Part shown: piece by piece, positions 27,477 through 34,071 of the stretch
Position numbering within the stretch: position 1 is the stretch's first letter
How the letters are laid out: each line of letters starts with the position of its first letter
Source of the DNA: an uncultured Mageeibacillus sp.
GTDB taxonomy: Bacteria > Bacillota > Clostridia > Saccharofermentanales > UBA5734
Length of the DNA stretch: 64,000 bases
Direction of reading: 5' to 3'
Assembly: GCA_964528645.1 (NCBI GenBank)
Contig: CAZGSR010000004.1
Location: 3,523 to 67,522 of the forward strand
The notes under the pieces: generated by a model
Seen by the model: only the letters and a program-made list of their open reading frames with translations
The model's database searches: none
Told to the model about the DNA's origin: nothing
Position numbers and translations under genes: made by a program

Positions 27477-27570
27477 ATGGGGGCATTGACAACAGAGGGA
27501 TTATATGGACGCTTTCCCTCTGTCGAGCCAGCAGCGTAACCGACCATGATTGTTATGGTCGGTTTTTTTC
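27477..27570 (+). promoter_or_regulatory. Riboswitch-like leader 1 (aptamer 27477-27547 plus intrinsic terminator 27539-27570); resembles the c-di-GMP-II class
   Basis: AUGG...CCAU closes the element. A 9-bp helix forms between 27492-27500 and 27515-27523. Loop ACGCU (27509-27513) can pair with AGCGU (27533-27537). The conserved tail is GAGCCAGCAGCGUAACCGACCAU. The terminator stem ACCGACCAU/AUGGUCGGU plus U7 shares its left arm with the aptamer 3' strand. A paralogous copy lies at 31975-32070. Confidence 0.55.
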
Positions 27571-27597
27571 GTTAAGTCATGAAGGGAGTGATCAATA

Positions 27598-28788
27598 ATG
27601 AGTCGCAGAAACAGGTCATTAAAACGTCTCTTCGCCCTACTTTTCGGAACCATTCTGATTATCAGCAGCTTGGTAACAGTAAGTGCAGAAAACATGGAAA
27701 TCGTATTTGATCCCGGAATTCAGCTTGATAAAGTGGGTGAATTCCAGGATGATATCGTGGACGATGGCTTTGCGCAGCCCGGTGAAAAAATCAAATACAC
27801 CTATACGGTAGAAAACACCGGAACGATTCCATTGTACAACATCACACTCGTCGATGATGTCCTTGGAACAATTGCCGACGGCGATCCATTGCTTTTGCCT
27901 CCGATTGCTTTGAATGTTGTTGTGTTCACAGCGTATTACACGCTGACAGCAGCCGATATTGAAAATGGCAGCGTCACGAATCAGGCAACCGCAACAGGCT
28001 GGTTTCCTTGTTGGCAGGACCTTGATATGCAAGTCAGCCGCTGTCTAGACATCGGCGACGGCGATTGCGACGACGACGACGGCGATTGCGACGACGACGA
28101 CGACGGCGATTGCGACGACGACGACGGCGATTGCGACGACGACGACGACGGCGATTGCGACGACGACGACGGCGATTGCGACGACGACGATGATGATTTC
28201 GGATGTTCAGTTTCTGATGATGCGACCTGCACAGTCCTGCTTACGCCAGAGCCAGAAGATGGTGACGATGATGATGATGATGACGATGACGAAGAACGGT
28301 CAAGCGGAGATCCTGATGTAGATCTGGTCAAAACGGTGGATAAAACCAGTGCTAATGAAGGTGAGACTTTCACGTTCACAATCACAATCCACAATACCGG
28401 TGATACAAAATTCTCGATCACGGAACTGACCGATACCAATCTGAGTCCTTTGCCTGCAAATTTGCAAGAGCTGATTGGCATGGAAATTCCGGTCGACGGA
28501 AGCCTTACCAGAACGTACACCATCGTTCACAACGATGCTGGCACCTACCCGAATACCGCAGAAGTCAAGATCAGTGACGTAAACGGGAAAAAGGATTTTG
28601 ACAATGAATCCGTTACTGTTACCGTCAACGAACTTGAGGTGCAGGGTGCTATGATGGTCTTTGGTGCCGAGATGCCTCAGACAGGCGATGGTCCTGACGT
28701 CTTCTCAATCGGTGGTCTCATTATCCTGATCGTTGCTGGTGGTTCGCTGTGGCTCTTGTACAAGAAGAGCACGAAATCCAATTCCTGA
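27598..28788 (+). CDS. Secreted cell-wall-anchored protein: signal peptide, DUF11-type repeat domains, Asp/Cys-rich repeat region, C-terminal MPQTG sorting signal
   Basis: The signal peptide is ...LVTVSAEN. The segments PGEKIKYTYTVENTGTIPLYNITLVDD and ANEGETFTFTITIHNTGDTKFSITELTD are DUF11-like. (GDCDDDD/GDCDDDDD)x6 is followed by a D9 run. The C-terminus is AEMPQTGD, then a hydrophobic helix, then KKSTKSNS. Confidence 0.8.
   Translation: MSRRNRSLKRLFALLFGTILIISSLVTVSAENMEIVFDPGIQLDKVGEFQDDIVDDGFAQPGEKIKYTYTVENTGTIPLYNITLVDDVLGTIADGDPLLLPPIALNVVVFTAYYTLTAADIENGSVTNQATATGWFPCWQDLDMQVSRCLDIGDGDCDDDDGDCDDDDDGDCDDDDGDCDDDDDGDCDDDDGDCDDDDDDFGCSVSDDATCTVLLTPEPEDGDDDDDDDDDEERSSGDPDVDLVKTVDKTSANEGETFTFTITIHNTGDTKFSITELTDTNLSPLPANLQELIGMEIPVDGSLTRTYTIVHNDAGTYPNTAEVKISDVNGKKDFDNESVTVTVNELEVQGAMMVFGAEMPQTGDGPDVFSIGGLIILIVAGGSLWLLYKKSTKSNS
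28060..28197 (+). repeat. Perfect in-frame tandem repeat, alternating 21- and 24-nt units (ggcgattgcgac(gac)3-4), encoding GDCDDDD(D) six times
   Basis: The units are 28060-28080, 28081-28104, 28105-28125, 28126-28149, 28150-28170 and 28171-28197. The first five are identical apart from one extra gac. Confidence 0.9.
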
Positions 28789-28821
28789 CCAACATGATCG
28801 ATCGATCATACACTATCGTTG

Positions 28822-28863
28822 GGGTCCTGCAGCAAACCCATCTCGCTGCAGGACCCGCTTTTT
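28822..28863. terminator. Bidirectional intrinsic terminator between convergent genes (GGGTCCTGCAGC / GCTGCAGGACCC, then GCTTTTTTA)
   Basis: A 12-bp perfect stem with an 11-nt loop and a T-run on the plus strand. Confidence 0.7.
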
Positions 28864-28866
28864 TAT

Positions 28867-29733
28867 TCAACCGATGAACAACTGCTCGATGTAGGTTGTA
28901 CCATTCTTGATCGTACGGCTGACAGCAATCCCGGAATAAGCCGCATTCATGATGTTCTTCCGGTGAGATGGCGAATTGAGCCAAGCTGAGACGATGCATT
29001 CTGGCGCACTCTCCTCGGAGGTGTCAATGGCATAATTCTCACCGCTGGCAGTCACAGATAAATTGATTTCTGCCAGGACTGTATAAAAGGGATCACCGTT
29101 CGGCCGCAAATGCGGGGATGGGCTGCTCGGCAATTCCAAGACCCGGATATCGGCTGCCTGGCACAGAGTGCCATGCAAAGTGAGCGCAGGTAAGCCATTT
29201 TCCTTGCGTGCCGCATTGGTCAGACGGACCACCTCATTGACAAAGCCATCTGTTGACTCGACAACTAAAACCACTGGCTCCGGGGCGGGCAGAGTGACAA
29301 CTGCAGGGGCCGTTTGTGCAGGTTTGTTGCTTGTGGGGACGGGTGTAGGCTCTGTCTTAGGTTCAATCTGGCGTTCAGGAGCCGAACGGCTGACAAGTTC
29401 TGGTTCTACCAAGGGCAGTGGCGACTCATGAGCTGGCCAGGGATCCTGTGCCGTTGGGTATTCACCCCAGATTGAGTTCTTGGCCTCTGCGATCCAGTCG
29501 GATACCTGGCAGGAAGGGTCTGATTCAACGGACTCTGCATGCAGGTTCAGCTGAGATCCATTCGCAATGGAAATGAAAAGAATCACGAGAACGATAAAAA
29601 AACGGAAAAGAATGACAAATGGAAACGGCCGGGTTTTCAAATGTGGTTTCAAGATATGGAATCCTTTCTGCGGTTGTTGATCTCGTTGAAAACCACAGAA
29701 GCCAGATAGGATAATAATGTCGAACCATTCCAC
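28867..29733 (-). CDS. Secreted CAP/SCP (PR-1-like, YkwD-type) domain protein, paralogue 1
   Basis: The C-terminal CAP core reads GENYAIDTSEESAPECIVSAWLNSPSHRKNIMNAAYSGIAVS...EQLFIG, preceded by a Pro/Thr-rich linker and a signal anchor. A TTG at 29652 with GAAAGGA upstream is a likelier start than the track start 29733. Confidence 0.75.
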   Translation of the reverse strand: MEWFDIIILSGFCGFQRDQQPQKGFHILKPHLKTRPFPFVILFRFFIVLVILFISIANGSQLNLHAESVESDPSCQVSDWIAEAKNSIWGEYPTAQDPWPAHESPLPLVEPELVSRSAPERQIEPKTEPTPVPTSNKPAQTAPAVVTLPAPEPVVLVVESTDGFVNEVVRLTNAARKENGLPALTLHGTLCQAADIRVLELPSSPSPHLRPNGDPFYTVLAEINLSVTASGENYAIDTSEESAPECIVSAWLNSPSHRKNIMNAAYSGIAVSRTIKNGTTYIEQLFIG

Positions 29734-29848
29734 GAGATTTTCGTCTTTTATACACGATATTGATAGCTAGATCAAGTAATAAGTCATAATATGTCAATAT
29801 ATGGTTATTCCATCCCTCCCTTTCATCATTATTTGCGTGTTTCAATAC

Positions 29849-30760
29849 CTATCCAACAAAGAGTTGGATAAAATAGGCTTTGCTATCATAGACGAAATAA
29901 CCAATGCCAATCTGCGTAAACTGGCAGCCCAGGATATTGCTCCTGTGGGCTGGTGAATCCAGCCAGGCCGCAACAATCGCTTCGACTGAGAATGCACCGG
30001 CAGTGGCACAGGCGTAATTCTCAGCACAGGCCTGCATCGTGATGGCATATTCCGCGAAAACCGTGTAAAAGTCGCGTCCATCAGGACGCTGGTGTGACTT
30101 GAAATCAGCCAGTTCTTTGACCCTGCACAGGGCTGCCTGGTCCAAGCTGCTGCTCACCGAAAGTGCTGCAAGTCCTGCTTCCTGTCGGACTAGATTGGTC
30201 TCTGCCAGAATTGCAGCAGTAACAGCCGCAAAATCCAACACTGCGCTTGTTTCTGCGGATTTTGTCTCAGGCATTGCCTCTGCTGGGCAACTCGTTGGCT
30301 GTGTGGTTTCAGGGGTCGTTTTGGCAGTTTCGCCGATGGGTGGTTCAGTTGGAACAGGAGTTGGTACAGGAGTTGGTACAGGTGTCGGAGTCGGTTTTGG
30401 CGTAGGAGTCGCAGATGGTTTTGGCGTGGGTTTCGAGGTCGGAAGCGAAGTTGGAATACCAGTCGGTACCGGATCAGGCTCCAGTATCTGGGTTGTCGAT
30501 TGAACATCATATGAAATATCCGTAGTGTCAACCGCAGTTGCAAGGATCACAGTCTGTACCAAATGATCCCTCACCGGTTCGACTGTTTTTGTATCATCAG
30601 GCATGGTCTGGGCTGCAACCGGTTGGGGACGTTCGATTCCCTCCCCTACTGCCAAGGACGCCGGCGTAATAAACTGGCCAGGGGTTCCCTCATGCCAGGC
30701 TACAGCAGCTAACAGAATCGGTATGACCAAGATGGCAATAAAAAATAATCTACGGATCAT
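29849..30760 (-). CDS. Secreted CAP/SCP domain protein, paralogue 2
   Basis: AENYACATAGAFSVEAIVAAWLDSPAHRSNILGCQFTQIGIG...IQLFVG. There is a (PTPKPxxT) linker. The start is placed at Met 30760 (MIRRLFFIAILVIPILLAAVA) rather than 30793. Confidence 0.75.
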   Translation of the reverse strand: MIRRLFFIAILVIPILLAAVAWHEGTPGQFITPASLAVGEGIERPQPVAAQTMPDDTKTVEPVRDHLVQTVILATAVDTTDISYDVQSTTQILEPDPVPTGIPTSLPTSKPTPKPSATPTPKPTPTPVPTPVPTPVPTEPPIGETAKTTPETTQPTSCPAEAMPETKSAETSAVLDFAAVTAAILAETNLVRQEAGLAALSVSSSLDQAALCRVKELADFKSHQRPDGRDFYTVFAEYAITMQACAENYACATAGAFSVEAIVAAWLDSPAHRSNILGCQFTQIGIGYFVYDSKAYFIQLFVG

Positions 30761-30953
30761 CTCACAACCCTTGCACATAAGGCGGTCAACCACATGCGAT
30801 CAGAGAATCGAAAAACGAGATGTCAGCACCGGTCGATTGAGTTTTCGATGATCCTATCCTACCATGACTGAGCAGAACGAATGATGGGTTATGATTAACT
30901 TTGGATTACAATTTCCTATCTTTTGGGGCAAAGAACCTGGTTCTGAAGCAATA

Positions 30954-31778
30954 TCACTTTTTCGCCTTTCGGGCAACCACAACCATCCGACCTTCATCAA
31001 TGTGATAACTGCACGTTGAAAGTGTCAAAAGCTGGTCGCCAAAGACGGGACGAATGCCCGTGTCATAGAGAGACAGTTTTCGAACTTGATCTACATAGTC
31101 GTTGAATTCTGCCTCAGTATCAGCCTGGAAAAAACGGTAGTAAATGAATTCCTTTGAGTCCGCCGGGTAAACCTGGGACATGAAAACGGCGAAGATCTCG
31201 TACTCCCCAGTTTCATAGATGGTATCAAACTGGACGATTGGGTGAGAAGTGAAATAGGATCGGCTGTAGTACTTGCCAAGGGTTGCAAACATGCTGCCAT
31301 CCTTCATGTTGTGAGCATGGACAAGAACATTGGTTGAGCGAGGATTGATACTGGAACGATAGTCGACAAACGGCAAGCCATGCTTGCTATCCTTACCTGC
31401 AAAATCACGGTACAAATAGTATTCGCCGTCCTGTGGTGTATACATGACAGGGTAGTCGACTTCGGAATTTTCAATCTTGATCCAGCCAACCAGATCGGGA
31501 TTCTTATCAAATAGCGTTTGGTACTGGGGTAAAACCTCAAGACTCATTTCTGGTGTAGGATCTGGTCCGGATGGCTCTATCGTGGTCACAGGCTCATGAT
31601 CGTCTGGTGCCGTTTCCAGGATGGCTGAGGTCGTCTGGACCGCTTGGACCAGAGAGGATAACTGGCGCAGATTGTTCCGATCCTGGACACTCTGGTAATA
31701 GCCAAAAAGCAGATAACTGACATAGGCAAGAACAGCCATACCATAGAGGACTAATGCAATTCTGAACTTCTTTTTCAT
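30954..31778 (-). CDS. srtB: Class B sortase
   Basis: An N-terminal TM helix is followed by DLVGWIKIENSEVDYPVMYTPQDGEYYLYRDF, VLVHAHNM and LLTLSTCSY (catalytic Cys), then the C-terminal RMVVVARK. Confidence 0.85.
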   Translation of the reverse strand: MKKKFRIALVLYGMAVLAYVSYLLFGYYQSVQDRNNLRQLSSLVQAVQTTSAILETAPDDHEPVTTIEPSGPDPTPEMSLEVLPQYQTLFDKNPDLVGWIKIENSEVDYPVMYTPQDGEYYLYRDFAGKDSKHGLPFVDYRSSINPRSTNVLVHAHNMKDGSMFATLGKYYSRSYFTSHPIVQFDTIYETGEYEIFAVFMSQVYPADSKEFIYYRFFQADTEAEFNDYVDQVRKLSLYDTGIRPVFGDQLLTLSTCSYHIDEGRMVVVARKAKK

Positions 31779-31938
31779 ATCGATCGCTCCGATCAGACAT
31801 GGCCGGCTTTCTTTTTGCTGATTGGATTATAGCATGCCTTGACCTCGGAATCGGTCAGGCAAGATACCCTTTTCTATCGGTGCGATCAAATAGAGAATAG
31901 GAAAATTTGAAAGCAGTCAGCACGGTAACCTGTGTTTC

Positions 31939-31958
31939 AGATAATGATTATCATTTTC
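31939..31958. promoter_or_regulatory. Fur box (17/19 match to GATAATGATAATCATTATC; 14/15 match to the 7-1-7 form TGATAATnATTATCA)
   Basis: GATAATGATTATCATTTTC lies at 31940-31958, in the divergent region between srtB and the second surface-protein gene, about 17 nt upstream of riboswitch leader 2. Confidence 0.6.
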
Positions 31959-31974
31959 ATGCATACTTGAATCA

Positions 31975-32070
31975 ATGGAAGCAGTGAAACTCAGGACGTA
32001 TTGGACGCTTGTCCTGAGAGGAGCCAGTAGCGTAACCGGCCATGTGTATCTAATCAAGGCCGGTTTTTTC
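31975..32070 (+). promoter_or_regulatory. Riboswitch-like leader 2 (aptamer 31975-32043 plus terminator 32034-32070); paralogue of leader 1, resembling c-di-GMP-II
   Basis: The architecture matches leader 1, with a fully compensated helix (CUCAGGAC 31990-31997 / GUCCUGAG 32011-32018). It has the same loop GGACGCUU and the tail GAGCCAGUAGCGUAACCGGCCAU. The terminator AACCGGCC/GGCCGGUU plus U6 follows. Confidence 0.55.
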
Positions 32071-32105
32071 GTTTTTGTATTTCTCGATTAAGAAAGGGGC
32101 AGCTT

Positions 32106-32795
32106 ATGAAACGAAAATCTACATTCCTGAAAGTCTATTTCTCGTTCCTGGCCATTTTAGTTTTATCTTTCAATCTGGTCTCCGTGGTTTCTGCAGATGG
32201 ATCACGCAAATCTGACAACAAGTGGAAACCCAAGGTAACCACAACGGCCACCAGATGTGAACCCACGACAAAAGCCACTACGAAAACCACGGAGGAGACC
32301 ACCCAGACTTCGACCGAAGCCACGTCCGAGGAGACCAGCCAGACTCCGACTGAATCCGCGACCGAGGCAACCACCCAGACTACGACTGAATCCACGACTG
32401 AGGCGACCAGCCAGACTCCGACTGAATCCGCGACCGAGGCAACCACCCAAGCTGCGACCGAATCCACATCCGAGGAGACCAGCCAGACTCCGACTGAATC
32501 CGCGACTGAGGCTACCACTGAGCAATCATCTGAAACCACTGCTGCAGCGACATCCGCAAGAACATCATCTACTTCTTCGGTTGCTGTTTTTGGTGAGACA
32601 TTTGTAAGCTCAAATGATCCGACAACGAATTCCATAATCGTTGAAGCCGGTGAAATGCCAAGCACTGGAGATTCAGTCTATCCTGTCAAAGTGATTGCAT
32701 TCCTGACGTTGTTGCTGATCGGTACGTTGCTGATTTTCTGGAAATACAAAATCCAGGAGGAACCCATCAACAAGGATAAAGTGATAAGTCCGTGA
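32106..32795 (+). CDS. Secreted Thr/Glu/Ser-rich cell-wall-anchored protein with a C-terminal MPSTG sorting signal
   Basis: The signal peptide is ...VSVVSADG, followed by 24-aa repeats EETSQTPTESATEATTQTTTESTT. The C-terminus is GEMPSTGD, then a hydrophobic helix, then WKYKIQEE. Confidence 0.75.
   Translation: MKRKSTFLKVYFSFLAILVLSFNLVSVVSADGSRKSDNKWKPKVTTTATRCEPTTKATTKTTEETTQTSTEATSEETSQTPTESATEATTQTTTESTTEATSQTPTESATEATTQAATESTSEETSQTPTESATEATTEQSSETTAAATSARTSSTSSVAVFGETFVSSNDPTTNSIIVEAGEMPSTGDSVYPVKVIAFLTLLLIGTLLIFWKYKIQEEPINKDKVISP
32328..32519 (+). repeat. 72-nt in-frame tandem repeat, about 2.7 copies
   Basis: The units start at 32328, 32400 and 32472 and are nearly identical (gag-gMg-acc-agc-cag-act-ccg-act-gaa-tcc-gcg-acY-gag-gcW-acc-acc...). 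Confidence 0.85.
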
Positions 32796-32806
32796 TTATT
32801 CCAAAC

Positions 32807-32840
32807 AAAAGGCTGCCCGTTGATTGGCAGCCTTTTGTTG
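32807..32840. terminator. Intrinsic terminator between convergent genes (AAAAGGCTGCC / GGCAGCCTTTT)
   Basis: An 11-bp stem with an 8-nt loop. An A-run lies before and a T-run after, so it could act in both directions. Confidence 0.7.
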
Positions 32841-32888
32841 ATCTTTCGAACTTGAAGAAATGATCTGCGGCATTCTGTCTGACTCTGC

Positions 32889-33764
32889 TCAGCCGATGAA
32901 GAGTTGTTCGAAATATTCCTTGTCACCGATGACAGCGTGGCCGATACCGATCTGTTTGTAGGATGCGTTCATGATGTTCTTGCGATGGCCAGGGCTATTC
33001 ATCCAGGCGGTGACGATCTGCTCGGGAGAATAGGCATTGGCGGTGCCGATGGCGTAATTCTCGCCGCCGGTTTTCGGCTTCAGGCCGACTTCGGCAAAGA
33101 CGGTGTAGAACTGGGCACCGTCAGGACGCAGGTGCGGCGAGGGGCTATCAGGCAGTTCGACGACGCGGATGGCGGCAGCTTCCTGAGCATTGCTATTGAT
33201 GGTCAGGGCGGAGAGGCCCTCTGCGGCGCGTGCTTCGTTGACCAGGCGCAGGATCTCATCGGTCCAGTAATCACCGGTGGATTCGATGGCTGCAGGAGCT
33301 TCGGTGGCAACAGGGGCAGGAGCGGCGACGGCTGCGGCTTCGACAGTTGCGGCCGGGGTAGGCTGGGCTTCCTGAGCTTTGACTGGAGCGGCTTCTTCAA
33401 CTTTTTCAACCGGAGCCTCGGTCTTTTTTTCGACTGGGGCTTCTGCCTTGGCTGGCTCGGCTTTGACGGCAGCCGGGGCTGGTGCAGCGGTTTTGGTTTC
33501 AACTTTGGCTGTGGCTTTGGCTTCAACTTTGGCGGGAGCTTCTGTCACGACGGTTTCCGGACGGATGATTTCTGGCCAGGCAACTTCAGCTTTGGGATAT
33601 TCGCCGAAGATTTTCGCCTTGGCCTGGGCGATCTGGTCATGGACGCGGACAATGCCAGCCGCCTGGGCTGTCACGCTGCTGATGCCGATGATGCTGGAAA
33701 GAACGACGGCAGCACTGATGACCTGGAACGCTTTGCGGGCTACGCCGGAAGACAAAAAGGACAT
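32889..33764 (-). CDS. Secreted CAP/SCP domain protein, paralogue 3 (Ala/Glu/Lys/Pro-rich linker)
   Basis: GENYAIGTANAYSPEQIVTAWMNSPGHRKNIMNASYKQIGIG...EQLFIG. The start is placed at Met 33764 (MSFLSSGVARKAFQVISAAVVLSSIIGISSVTAQA), which has GGGAGG 7 nt upstream. The track start 33920 would read through the riboswitch. Confidence 0.8.
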   Translation of the reverse strand: MSFLSSGVARKAFQVISAAVVLSSIIGISSVTAQAAGIVRVHDQIAQAKAKIFGEYPKAEVAWPEIIRPETVVTEAPAKVEAKATAKVETKTAAPAPAAVKAEPAKAEAPVEKKTEAPVEKVEEAAPVKAQEAQPTPAATVEAAAVAAPAPVATEAPAAIESTGDYWTDEILRLVNEARAAEGLSALTINSNAQEAAAIRVVELPDSPSPHLRPDGAQFYTVFAEVGLKPKTGGENYAIGTANAYSPEQIVTAWMNSPGHRKNIMNASYKQIGIGHAVIGDKEYFEQLFIG

Positions 33765-33774
33765 TAAAAAACCT

Positions 33775-33875
33775 CCCAGTTTCGGTAGCTGGCTGCCACG
33801 GGAGATGTCCCAGAGGCCCTTTAGCTTTGCGTCCCAGGTTTTCACCTGGTTTGCCTTTATCGGCTGAAGGCTTAT
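33775..33875 (-). promoter_or_regulatory. c-di-GMP-I (GEMM-I) riboswitch in the leader of CAP paralogue 3
   Basis: The minus strand reads AUAAAGGCAAACC-AGGU-GAAA-ACCU-GGGACGCAAAGCUAAAGGGCCUCUGGGACAUCUCCCGUGGCAGCCAGCUACCGAAACUGGGAGGUUUUUUAAUG. It has the hallmark GGCAAACC, a GNRA-capped P1 hairpin, and GGGACGCAAAGC. The segment AUCUCCCG can alternatively pair with UGGGAGGU (the SD), which is followed by U6. Confidence 0.8.
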
Positions 33876-33940
33876 CGATGCCCTCGCCTGATTTTCTTTT
33901 GGTCGGCAGGCTGCTGTCACACAACTTCCTGCTTGACGCC

Positions 33941-33969
33941 AGATTACAATATCTTTACAGATTTGTCAA
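33941..33969 (-). promoter_or_regulatory. Candidate promoter of the GEMM-I leader (TTGACA-17-TAATCT)
   Basis: The minus strand reads gaTTGACAaatctgtaaagatattgTAATCTgg. It predicts a leader of about 170 nt. Confidence 0.45.
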
Positions 33970-34023
33970 TCATCGCCAGTCAAAATGTAATAAATAGCAC
34001 TCACAGATAATCACTATCCAGAT

Positions 34024-34071
34024 AAAGACCGTCAACCTGCAAGGCTTGTTCTTGCGGGCCTGACGGTCTTT
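34024..34071 (-). terminator. Hairpin downstream of pfkA (AAAGACCGTCA / TGACGGTCTTT with an internally paired loop)
   Basis: An 11-bp outer stem plus inner GCAAG/CTTGC pairing. It has only a short T-run, so this is a modest terminator call. Confidence 0.4.

Noticed and set aside
27981-28523. A 180-aa Ser-rich minus-strand ORF, and the related ORFs 32135..32665 -, 32202..32525 -, 32257..32607 + and 33203..33526 -.
   Set aside because: They are reverse or shifted readings of the Asp-, Thr/Glu- and Ala/Pro/Lys-rich repeat regions of the surface and CAP proteins. They are open only because of the repeat composition.
30761-30953. A hairpin ATCGAAAAC...GTTTTTCGAT in the gap between srtB and CAP paralogue 2, considered as a further riboswitch.
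   Set aside because: The stem is imperfect with a large loop. It has no similarity to the three riboswitch-like leaders, no conserved second copy and no U-tract.
33765-33920. The long N-terminal extension of the CAP paralogue 3 ORF (track start 33920). Similar extensions exist for pfkA (35243), the oxidoreductase alpha (19013) and delta (19269) subunits, CAP paralogue 2 (30793) and ftsQ (55624).
   Set aside because: Internal Met codons have good Shine-Dalgarno sequences and yield canonical N-termini or signal peptides. The extensions run through a riboswitch, promoters or the upstream gene.
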